Of a DNA stretch of 10,214 nt, positions 1-7,529 are shown piece after piece (within the stretch, counting starts at the first letter, position 1; each line of letters opens with the position of its first letter). The stretch covers positions 1-10,214 of the forward strand of contig JBMFHL010000027.1 of NCBI GenBank assembly GCA_049976845.1, written 5' to 3'. Below the pieces are notes generated by a model that was not told the DNA's origin, did not search any database, and was given only the letters and a program-made list of their open reading frames with translations. This DNA comes from Candidatus Micrarchaeia archaeon. Its GTDB lineage: Archaea > Micrarchaeota > Micrarchaeia > Micrarchaeales > CABMGC01. The position numbers and the translations under genes are program-made.

Positions 1-557
1 CTTTTTTTGTACATGTGGTATTCGAAAAAGAGGCTAAAGCGATATGCATAGTTTATTGCCAATATGCCTCTGTCTGCAAGCGCAAGATATGAATTTGCTA
101 TAAAATTCTCTTCCAGAAACTGCTTTGGTATCCTGTCGTTTATGTATGCATCGAGTATTATTATATCATAGCTATTTTTCTTCCTCATCACGAATTCTGC
201 GCCATCTTCTATATATATGCTGAATTGACTCATATCCAGCTTCAGGAATTCGCTTGCTATATCTATCATCTTTTTGTTTACCTCCACTATATCTATTGAT
301 ATTTTTCCGTCAAAAACTGTCTTCATCTGATATGGGATTGTGCCTCCGCCGAGGCCAATGAGGAGCATCCTTGGATTGTCAAAAATAAGTGGTAATGGCA
401 AGAAGAAGTCCCAATACATATGTGTATATATTGAATTGTCGTCCAGCATCGAGTAGGTTATGTTGTTGTATTTCACTACCTGCTTGCTTCCTTGCCTCTC
501 GATTAAGGTATTTGGATCAGCAGCCTGCGAGTTTTTATTCTCGTTCCCTGTGTGCAT
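1..557 (-). CDS. Spermidine-synthase-like class I SAM-binding protein (probable methyltransferase or aminopropyltransferase), 3' end runs off the window
   Basis: Absent from the ORF track. Manual translation from ATG at 557 stays open to base 1 (185 codons): MHTGNENKNSQAADPNTLIERQGSKQVVKYNNITYSMLDDNSIYTHVYWDFFLPLPLIFDNPRMLLIGLGGGTIPYQ...IDIVEVNKKMIDIA...EDGAEFV...YDIIILDAY...GILAIN. It has the Gly-rich SAM motif, the acidic residue after beta2, and the DG and YDIIILD motifs. It overlaps the 3' end of the MGMT gene by 23 nt. Confidence 0.85.
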   Translation of the reverse strand, partial: MHTGNENKNSQAADPNTLIERQGSKQVVKYNNITYSMLDDNSIYTHMYWDFFLPLPLIFDNPRMLLIGLGGGTIPYQMKTVFDGKISIDIVEVNKKMIDIASEFLKLDMSQFSIYIEDGAEFVMRKKNSYDIIILDAYINDRIPKQFLEENFIANSYLALADRGILAINYAYRFSLFFEYHMYKK

Positions 558-849
558 AACTCTCACTTATCAGAAGCTTCATCTTTTTCTTTACGCCACC
601 ATATGAGTATTTTCCCAAAGAGCCGTTGCTCATTATTACCCTGTGGCAAGGTATTTTTATTGGCATGGGATTCTTTGCTAAAGCGTTTCCAACAGCCCTG
701 TAAGCATTAGGCCTCTTTATTTCCTGCGCTATCTGCTTGTATGACTTTACCTCGCCTTTTTTTATACTTGAGACTGCAAGCAATACTTCTACTTCAAAAT
801 CAGTAAGGGCAAAAGTCTCTAGCTTCCTTCTAAGTGTTTCCACAGGCAT
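535..849 (-). CDS. ogt: Methylated-DNA--protein-cysteine methyltransferase (MGMT/Ogt family), single C-terminal domain
   Basis: 104 aa with the PCHRV active-site motif, the helix-turn-helix region SYKQIA...AYRAVGNAL, and a C-terminal LGKYSYGG...KMKLLISE. Confidence 0.93.
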   Translation of the reverse strand: MPVETLRRKLETFALTDFEVEVLLAVSSIKKGEVKSYKQIAQEIKRPNAYRAVGNALAKNPMPIKIPCHRVIMSNGSLGKYSYGGVKKKMKLLISESYAHRERE

Positions 850-901
850 ATACTTTTATTCCTCTGGTTAAATTCTTATCTCTATCTTATATTGCCTTAT
901 T

Positions 902-3556
902 TCATGCTGTGCTTTTGGCATTTGCACCGTTGACTGCGGCCCTTGCAGCTGCAAGCTTTGCGACAGGTATCCTGCTCTGCGACATGCTTACATAATCTAT
1001 GCCTGCAGTATTGAAGAATTCTATCGAATCTGGATCGCCGCCGTGCTCACCGCATACTCCAACCTCAAGATTCTTGTTTGCATTCTTGCCTTCTTGTGCG
1101 CAGATTTTTATAAGGCGTCCAACGCCGTTGACGTCTACCTGCGCAAACGGATCCTGCGGCAAAACTTTGTTTTCTAGATAGAAGGGCATGAACTTTGCCT
1201 CGACATCGTCCCTGCTGAATGCAAATGTCGCCTGTGTGAGGTCATTTGTGCCAAACGAAAAGAACTCGGCATATTTTGCCAACTCGGGGGCAATTAGCGA
1301 TGCCCTTGGAGTTTCTATCATTGTGCCGAACTTGAACCTAAGCCTTTTGCCCATCCTTTTGAATGTCTCTTCTGCTGTATTCATCACTATATCCTTTGCC
1401 ATTGCAAGCTCCCCTGCTATTGCCACCTGCGAGATCATTATCTCTGGCATTACCTTTTTGCCTTTCTTTGCCAATTCTATTGCCGCTTCTAATATAGCTT
1501 CCACTTGCATCTGGTAAATTTCCTTGTAGACTATTCCCAACCTGACGCCGCGCTGGCCCATCATTGGATTTGCCTCTTTCAATTCCATGACTTTGCCCAT
1601 AAGCATTTCAAGCTCTTCGAGCTTCTTGCTATTCCTTGCATTGCCCTTGCTGCACTTTAACTTCTCAACCTCTTTTACAATTTCCTCGAGCTTTGGAAGG
1701 AATTCGTGCAATGGCATGTCGATAAGCCTTATTGTGATGGGTTTTCCTTTTGCTATTTCAAACATCTCCCTGAAATCTTCTTTTTGTAGAGGTTTTATCA
1801 TGCTAAGGTATTTTTTTCTCTCTTCGGTGCTACCAGCAAGGATCATCCTTCTCACAAGCTCAAGCCTGTCCTGCGAGTTGAACATTCGCTCTGTCCTTGC
1901 AAGGCCTATGCCTTCAGCGCCGTTCTCTATTGCTTTCTTCACCATCTCCGGCGTGTCTGCGTTAGCTCTTATGCCCAGTTTTTTATACTTGTCTGCAATG
2001 CCGAGCACTTTTGATATGCTATAAGTTAGCTTTGGCTCTATTAGAGGTGCTGCGCCCTTGTATACCTTGCCTTCTGTGCCGTCTATTGTTATGATGTCGC
2101 CTTCTAGTACTGCAATGCCATTAGAAACGAATGAGTTGTTTTTGATTTCGATGCCGCTGCCTACTATGCACGGCTTGCCCATGCCCCTTGTTACTACAGC
2201 CGCATGGCTCGTCATGCCTCCCCTGCTTGTGAGTATTCCGTCGCTAATTGCTATGCCTTTTATGTCCTCTGGCGTAGTTTCATTCCTCACAAGTATTACG
2301 CTCTCGCCTTTTGCCTTCATTTCTACGGCCTTGCTTATTTCGAATACTGCCTTGCCAAGCGCCGCGCCCGGAGATGCGGGCATTCCGCTTGCAATTGCTT
2401 TACCAGTATACTTCTTGTCTATCTGCTTGTGCAGAAGCCTCTCCAATTGCTCTGGCTCAACCCTTAGCAGAACATCTTTTTCTGAGATTAGATTTTCTTT
2501 GAGCATGTCTATTGCTATCTTTACTGCCGCCTGAGGGGTCCTTTTGCCGTTTCTTGTTTGCAGCATGTAGAACTTGCTATTTTCTATTGTGAACTCGAAA
2601 TCCTGCATGTCCTTGAAATATTTCTCGAGCTTTGATGCGGTGCTTTCGAGCTCTTTGTACACATTGGGTATTCTTTCTCTTAGCTCCTCAGCAGGCATCG
2701 GCGTCCTTATGCCCGATACTACGTCTTCGCCCTGTGCATTCATGAGGACCTCTGCATAGAGCTTTTTCTCTCCTGTTGATGGGTTTCTTGTAAATGCAAC
2801 GCCTGTGCCAGAATTGCTGTTGTAATTCCCGTATACCATAGATACTATGTTTACGGCAGTGCCCATTGAATCAGATATATTGTATATTCTTCTATATTCT
2901 GCAGCGCGCTTGTTCCACCATGACTCGAATATTGCTCCTACTGACATAAGCAATTGCTTTTTGGGCTCCTGCTCAAGCTCCATTCCAGTTTCTTTTTTTA
3001 TTATTGCCTTGAATGCTTCTGCTACTTCTTTCATCGCATCTCCATCAAGCTCGCTGTCGCTTTTGGCACCTTTCTTTGCCTTTATTCTTTCAAAAGCCGA
3101 GTCAAAATTAGATTTGTCTATTTTCAAAACTATGCTGCCGAAAAGTTGCATGAATCGTCTGTATGTATCGTATGCAAACCTGTCGCCATTGCGAAGGGAC
3201 ATTGCCTCTGCTATTTCGTCATTTATGCCGAGGTTGAGTATTGTGTCCATCATGCCTGGCATTGACATTGGAGCGCCAGAGCGCACTGACACAAGCAAGG
3301 GATTTTTCTTGTCGCCGAATTTCTTACCTGTCAATTTTTCGAGGCCATGCATCTTCGCATAGATTTTGGCTTCTATGCTAGGCCAGAGGCCATGTTCTTC
3401 AAAGTATTTGTTGCACATCCTTGTTGTTATAACTATGCCTGGAGGCACAGGCAGATTTATCCTTGTCATCTCTACTAAACCATATCCCTTGCCACCTAGC
3501 TCAGCTTTTGTAAGGCCAAGCTTCGCAGCTTCTTTGAATAAATAAACTTCGTCCAT
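902..3556 (-). CDS. ppdK: Pyruvate, phosphate dikinase
   Basis: Motifs LGGKG, PLLVSVRSGA.SMPGMMDT, SGTGVAFTRNPSTG, AQGEDVVSG, phospho-His GGMTSHAAVV, FFSFGTNDLTQ and GVCGEHGGDP. I prefer the ATG at 3556, 5 nt after a GGTG, over the track's GTG at 3562. Confidence 0.97.
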   Translation of the reverse strand: MDEVYLFKEAAKLGLTKAELGGKGYGLVEMTRINLPVPPGIVITTRMCNKYFEEHGLWPSIEAKIYAKMHGLEKLTGKKFGDKKNPLLVSVRSGAPMSMPGMMDTILNLGINDEIAEAMSLRNGDRFAYDTYRRFMQLFGSIVLKIDKSNFDSAFERIKAKKGAKSDSELDGDAMKEVAEAFKAIIKKETGMELEQEPKKQLLMSVGAIFESWWNKRAAEYRRIYNISDSMGTAVNIVSMVYGNYNSNSGTGVAFTRNPSTGEKKLYAEVLMNAQGEDVVSGIRTPMPAEELRERIPNVYKELESTASKLEKYFKDMQDFEFTIENSKFYMLQTRNGKRTPQAAVKIAIDMLKENLISEKDVLLRVEPEQLERLLHKQIDKKYTGKAIASGMPASPGAALGKAVFEISKAVEMKAKGESVILVRNETTPEDIKGIAISDGILTSRGGMTSHAAVVTRGMGKPCIVGSGIEIKNNSFVSNGIAVLEGDIITIDGTEGKVYKGAAPLIEPKLTYSISKVLGIADKYKKLGIRANADTPEMVKKAIENGAEGIGLARTERMFNSQDRLELVRRMILAGSTEERKKYLSMIKPLQKEDFREMFEIAKGKPITIRLIDMPLHEFLPKLEEIVKEVEKLKCSKGNARNSKKLEELEMLMGKVMELKEANPMMGQRGVRLGIVYKEIYQMQVEAILEAAIELAKKGKKVMPEIMISQVAIAGELAMAKDIVMNTAEETFKRMGKRLRFKFGTMIETPRASLIAPELAKYAEFFSFGTNDLTQATFAFSRDDVEAKFMPFYLENKVLPQDPFAQVDVNGVGRLIKICAQEGKNANKNLEVGVCGEHGGDPDSIEFFNTAGIDYVSMSQSRIPVAKLAAARAAVNGANAKSTA

Positions 3557-3565
3557 GCACACACC

Positions 3566-3589
3566 AAACGCATTATTAAACGCATTATT
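3566..3589. repeat. Perfect 12-bp tandem duplication (AAACGCATTATT x2), followed by degenerate ATTATT-rich units to about 3645
   Basis: Read directly: 3566-3577 and 3578-3589 are identical. Confidence 0.85.
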
Positions 3590-3724
3590 AGAATCATTAT
3601 ATTAGAGTTATTACTATGTATATTATTAGAATTATTGAATTATTATGTAAAATTTCAAATAGTGGTATGATAATGACAATATTATAGTATTATAGGACAT
3701 TAGTATGGCAGTAGAATAAAATAA

Positions 3725-3752
3725 ACGATATAATTATAAAATTCAAGCTTGA
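3725..3752 (+). promoter_or_regulatory. Putative archaeal promoter (TATA box TTATAAAA at 3734-3741) with adjacent palindrome TCAAGCTTGA (3743-3752)
   Basis: The TATA-like box lies about 30 nt upstream of ATG 3769 and there is no obvious Shine-Dalgarno, which fits a short-leader transcript. The region is very AT-rich, so the exact placement is uncertain. Confidence 0.55.
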
Positions 3753-3768
3753 TGTATTATTGAGCTAG

Positions 3769-4599
3769 ATGGGAGACAAAGAGCTTTACAAAATTGTTAA
3801 TGACATAAAAGAGTTAAGGATACAGGGCGCAGAGAGGATTGCAAGGGCAGCCGCAGACGCCTGGGAGAGCGCGAAAGACAAGAAGCTCGCTAGCAGGCTT
3901 CTTGCTGGAACTAGGCCTACCGAGCCTATGCTAAAGAATGTAATAAAGTATCTCAACCTCTTTGGAGATACAGAAACTATAGACACTTACATAGATACTA
4001 CTCTTGACAAGATAGTAAAATTTGGATCCGCACTGATTAGGAATAATTCGATTGTGTACACGCACTGCCATTCATCGACTGTAGAGAAGGTGCTTGAATT
4101 TGCACATGAAGAAGGAAAGAGATTCCAGGTGAATGTAACTGAAACGAGGCCAAACTACCAAGGGCGCATAACCGCGACTAACCTTGCGAAGAAAGGGATA
4201 AAAGTGAATTTCTTTGTAGATTCTGCAGCACTGAGCGCGCTGAGGAATGCAGATATTATGCTCATAGGCGCTGATGCAATAACCTCATCTGGCGAGGTTG
4301 TAAACAAAATAGGCAGCGGGCTTTTTGCAAAGGTCGCGAGCGATCTTGAGATACCTGTGTATGTAGCGGCGCATTCGCTTAAAGTAGATCCAAAGACAAG
4401 CTATGGCGTGCTTGAAAAGATAGAGAAGAGGAGCCAGGGAGAGGTTTGGAGCAAGAGACCAAGAGGTGTAAAGATTGTGGATCCTGTATTTGAAGTTATA
4501 CAGAAGGAGCATATCAATGCTGTAATAAGCGAGTTTGGACTAGTGAGCCCCGATTTGCTTGTTGAAAAAGTGAAGAATACTTATCAATGGATGTGGTAG
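3769..4599 (+). CDS. Ribose-1,5-bisphosphate isomerase (eIF-2B alpha/MtnA-like family)
   Basis: Motifs IQGA, TRPTEP, THCHS (catalytic Cys), TETRP, GADAI (catalytic Asp) and NKIG. Its position next to RuBisCO and AMP phosphorylase supports this substrate. Confidence 0.9.
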   Translation: MGDKELYKIVNDIKELRIQGAERIARAAADAWESAKDKKLASRLLAGTRPTEPMLKNVIKYLNLFGDTETIDTYIDTTLDKIVKFGSALIRNNSIVYTHCHSSTVEKVLEFAHEEGKRFQVNVTETRPNYQGRITATNLAKKGIKVNFFVDSAALSALRNADIMLIGADAITSSGEVVNKIGSGLFAKVASDLEIPVYVAAHSLKVDPKTSYGVLEKIEKRSQGEVWSKRPRGVKIVDPVFEVIQKEHINAVISEFGLVSPDLLVEKVKNTYQWMW

Positions 4600-4600
4600 C

Positions 4601-5893
4601 ATGAATGACCCATATACAGATTTTGTGGATTTGAAATATAAGCCAAGTGATAGTGATATTATCTGCCTTTTTAGGGTGGAGCCGGCAAAGGGCATAAGTA
4701 TAAAGGAAGCGATAGGCAGGGTTGCAAGCGAGAGCAGCAACGGCACATGGGCAGAGCTGACAACGCTAAAAGAGCATATAAGGGACATAAGGGCAAGGGC
4801 GTTTTCAATAAGGGGCAATTACGTCAAAGTGGCATATCCGATAGAGCTCTTCGAATTCGGAAGCGTGCCACAGCTCATGAGCTCGGTTGCAGGCAACATC
4901 TTCGGCATGAAAGCGCTAAAGAACCTGAGGCTAGAGGATATAACATTTCCAGAAATTTATTTGAAGCACTTCAAAGGCCCACAGTTCGGTATAGACGGCG
5001 TCTTTGGGAAGATATTCAAGATGAAAAACAGAAGGCCATTGCTTGCACATGTGCCAAAGCCAAAGGTTGGAATGTACACAAGCGAGCATGCAAATGTGGC
5101 GAAGAATGCTTGGCTCGGTGGCGTTGATTTGCTGAAAGACGACGAGAACCTCACAAGCCAGGGCTTCAATACATTCGACAACAGGATGAAGCTGATGTTC
5201 AAGTATAGGGATTTTGCAGAGAAGGAAACTGGGGAGAAGAAGAGTTATCTAGCAAATATAACAGCAGAAACTAACGAGATGATAAGGAGGGCGAAGCTTG
5301 TAAAGGACCTTGGAGGTGAGTATGTTATGGTAGATATACTTACTGCTGGCTGGTCCGGGTTGCAGACGGTTAGAGACGCGTGTGAGGACCTAGGCCTTGC
5401 GATACACGCACACAGGGCATTCCATGCAGCATTTACAAGGAACCCGAAGCACGGGATGAGCATGCTTGTAGTTGCAAAGCTAGCCAGGCTTATAGGCGTA
5501 GACCAAATACACATAGGGACAGTTGTTGGCAAGCTCAAGGGCTCTAGAAGGGAAGTTGTTGATTTGGATATTGAAGAGACAATGCAACATATACAGGAGC
5601 ACAAGGATGTGCTCACTGAAGACTGGCACAGCATAAAACCTGTTGTTCCTGTATCTAGCGGTGGTCTTCATCCTGGGCTTGTGCCATATGTTATGAAACT
5701 GCTTGGCAACAGCATTGTAATACAAGCCGGCGGAGGCATAGACGGCCATCCGAAAGGAGTAAAACAAGGTGCAATGGCAATGAGGCAGGCAATAGAAGCA
5801 ACAATGCAGGGAGAAGAGCTTAATGAATATGCAAAGAATCATGCGGCACTGAAGAGCGCCCTGGATTACTGGGGATTCGAAAAACCTGTGTAA
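4601..5893 (+). CDS. rbcL: Form III (archaeal, III-b-like) ribulose-1,5-bisphosphate carboxylase large subunit
   Basis: Motifs ESSNGTW, GNIFGMK, VPKPKVG (K175/K177), GVDLLKDDE (K201/D203/E204), HAHRAFH (H294/R295), IHIGTVVGKL (H327/K334), SSGG and GGG..GHP (spinach numbering). No small subunit gene is present in the window. Confidence 0.96.
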   Translation: MNDPYTDFVDLKYKPSDSDIICLFRVEPAKGISIKEAIGRVASESSNGTWAELTTLKEHIRDIRARAFSIRGNYVKVAYPIELFEFGSVPQLMSSVAGNIFGMKALKNLRLEDITFPEIYLKHFKGPQFGIDGVFGKIFKMKNRRPLLAHVPKPKVGMYTSEHANVAKNAWLGGVDLLKDDENLTSQGFNTFDNRMKLMFKYRDFAEKETGEKKSYLANITAETNEMIRRAKLVKDLGGEYVMVDILTAGWSGLQTVRDACEDLGLAIHAHRAFHAAFTRNPKHGMSMLVVAKLARLIGVDQIHIGTVVGKLKGSRREVVDLDIEETMQHIQEHKDVLTEDWHSIKPVVPVSSGGLHPGLVPYVMKLLGNSIVIQAGGGIDGHPKGVKQGAMAMRQAIEATMQGEELNEYAKNHAALKSALDYWGFEKPV

Positions 5894-5903
5894 GCATAGT
5901 ATT

Positions 5904-5908
5904 GGTGA
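5904..5908 (+). promoter_or_regulatory. Archaeal-type Shine-Dalgarno GGTGA for AMP phosphorylase
   Basis: GGTGA lies 7 nt before ATG 5916. Confidence 0.7.
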
Positions 5909-5915
5909 GTTCGAA

Positions 5916-7454
5916 ATGATCTTCAAGGTTAGGAACTTGGATATAGAAACTGGGGCTTCTGTAGCAATGCTTAATGAATATGATGCAAATGGCATGGGCT
6001 TGCATGCGAGCGACAGGATAGAAATAAAAATTAGAAGGAATAGGGCGATAGCGATAGTCAACATAGCAAATTTCATGAAAAGCAAGAGCATAGGGCTTAC
6101 TGCCGAGCTTCGCAACGAACTTGAGGCCAAGGACAATGACGATGCAGAAGTTAATATAGCAGTGCAGCCGAAGTCACTCGTGGCAATAAAGGAAAAGCTC
6201 AACGGCAGGAGGCTTGACTACCAGGGGGCTTACGAGATAATAAGAGACACTGTAAATGGCAAGCTCGACAGGGAGGAGCTCACCGCATTTGTAGTTGCTT
6301 TGCATGCACACGGCATAGACATTGAGGAAGCGACTTATATATCAAACGCGATGGTAAATACTGGCGAAGAATTGAAGCTCAAGAAAAAAAGGATCTATGA
6401 CAAGCATTCTATAGGAGGCGTACCAGGGGACAAGACAACGCTACTTGTAGTACCGATAGTTGCTGCTGCCGGGCTCACTATACCGAAGACTTCTTCAAGG
6501 GCCATAACTTCAGCAGCCGGAACCGCAGACAGAGCAGAAGTGCTCATGCCCGTAAACTTAGGCATAAGCGAGATGAAGAGCACTATTGAAAAGACAAACG
6601 GCTGCATTGTTTGGGGAGGAGCAGTGCATCTTGCTCCTGCCGACGATATGCTCATAAAGATAGAGTATCCTTTTTCAATAGACCCACTGCTGCTTCCAAG
6701 CATAATGTCGAAGAAGAAGGCCGTTGGGTCTACTGATTTGATATTGGATATACCTATAGGAGAAACTGTAAAGGTAAAGAATAAGACAGAGGCCGAGATG
6801 CTTGTTAGAGATTTTTCTTCGCTCGGCGAGAGGCTGAATATTAATGTGAACGGTGCTATAACTTATGGCGAACAGCCGGTTGGCTATGCAATAGGAGCCG
6901 CTGCCGAGGCAAGGGAGGCGCTTGCCACCATAACAAGAAAGAAAATTGCAGAAGATTTGGTTGACAAGGCAACGAGCATAGCAGGTATCCTGCTTGAAAT
7001 GAGCGGCAATGCAAATGGAAAGAAATTGGCAAGGGACATATTGCTCAACGGATCAGCTGAAAAAAAGCTCAGGGAGATTATAGCCGAGCAGGGCGGAGAC
7101 GAGAATATAAAAACAGACGATATAGAAATTGGAAGCAACAGCATCACTATTCATTCCGAATTCGATGGCAAGGTTATGCAGTTCGACAACATTGCGCTCG
7201 CCTATGCGGCAAGGCTTGCCGGTGCGCCTGGGAACAAGAAGGCTGCAGTAATATTGCACAAGAAGCTCGGCGATGCTGTGGCTAAGGGCGAGGCCTTGAT
7301 GACAATATATTCTGATAGCGTTGCAAAGGCGAAGGATGCAGAAAGCTATGCAAAAAGCAATGGAGCAATTATTGTAGGGAAGGGCAACATGATGCTGATA
7401 AAGAGAGTAATAGAGAAAAAGCTAACTCCGCTACGCTTCACATTAGAGAGATAG
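5916..7454 (+). CDS. deoA: AMP (nucleoside-5'-monophosphate) phosphorylase, thymidine phosphorylase family
   Basis: 512 aa with the N-terminal extension typical of AMP phosphorylases, plus DKHSIGGVPGDK, IPKTSSRAITSAAGTAD, LAPADD, SIMSKK and ARLAGAP motifs. Confidence 0.95.
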   Translation: MIFKVRNLDIETGASVAMLNEYDANGMGLHASDRIEIKIRRNRAIAIVNIANFMKSKSIGLTAELRNELEAKDNDDAEVNIAVQPKSLVAIKEKLNGRRLDYQGAYEIIRDTVNGKLDREELTAFVVALHAHGIDIEEATYISNAMVNTGEELKLKKKRIYDKHSIGGVPGDKTTLLVVPIVAAAGLTIPKTSSRAITSAAGTADRAEVLMPVNLGISEMKSTIEKTNGCIVWGGAVHLAPADDMLIKIEYPFSIDPLLLPSIMSKKKAVGSTDLILDIPIGETVKVKNKTEAEMLVRDFSSLGERLNINVNGAITYGEQPVGYAIGAAAEAREALATITRKKIAEDLVDKATSIAGILLEMSGNANGKKLARDILLNGSAEKKLREIIAEQGGDENIKTDDIEIGSNSITIHSEFDGKVMQFDNIALAYAARLAGAPGNKKAAVILHKKLGDAVAKGEALMTIYSDSVAKAKDAESYAKSNGAIIVGKGNMMLIKRVIEKKLTPLRFTLER

Positions 7455-7478
7455 TATTATAGTTAATATTATAGTTAA
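7455..7478. repeat. Perfect 12-bp tandem duplication (TATTATAGTTAA x2); possible internal promoter or operator
   Basis: Read directly: 7455-7466 and 7467-7478 are identical and begin immediately after the AMP phosphorylase stop codon. Confidence 0.8.
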
Positions 7479-7529
7479 CTTTGGCGCATGCTGAAGCGCG
7501 TGAGCTTGTTGCTCAGAATAGGTGATGTA

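Noticed and set aside
999..3362. Series of + strand ORFs (60-171 aa) inside ppdK
   Set aside because: These are antisense shadows of a well-supported gene, Ser/Phe/Leu-rich with no recognisable motifs.
3557..3562. GTG start at 3562 for ppdK given by the ORF track
   Set aside because: It overlaps the likely GGTG ribosome-binding site, and ATG 3556 has more plausible spacing.
3566..3700. CRISPR array or replication origin in the AT-rich repeats
   Set aside because: The repeats are 8-12 bp, directly adjacent and lack spacers. There is no ORB G-string, cdc6 or cas gene in the window.
3769..5893. Methionine salvage (MtnA plus RuBisCO-like protein) or a Calvin cycle
   Set aside because: The RuBisCO has the full carboxylase residue set and sits beside AMP phosphorylase. 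No phosphoribulokinase or small subunit is present in the window.
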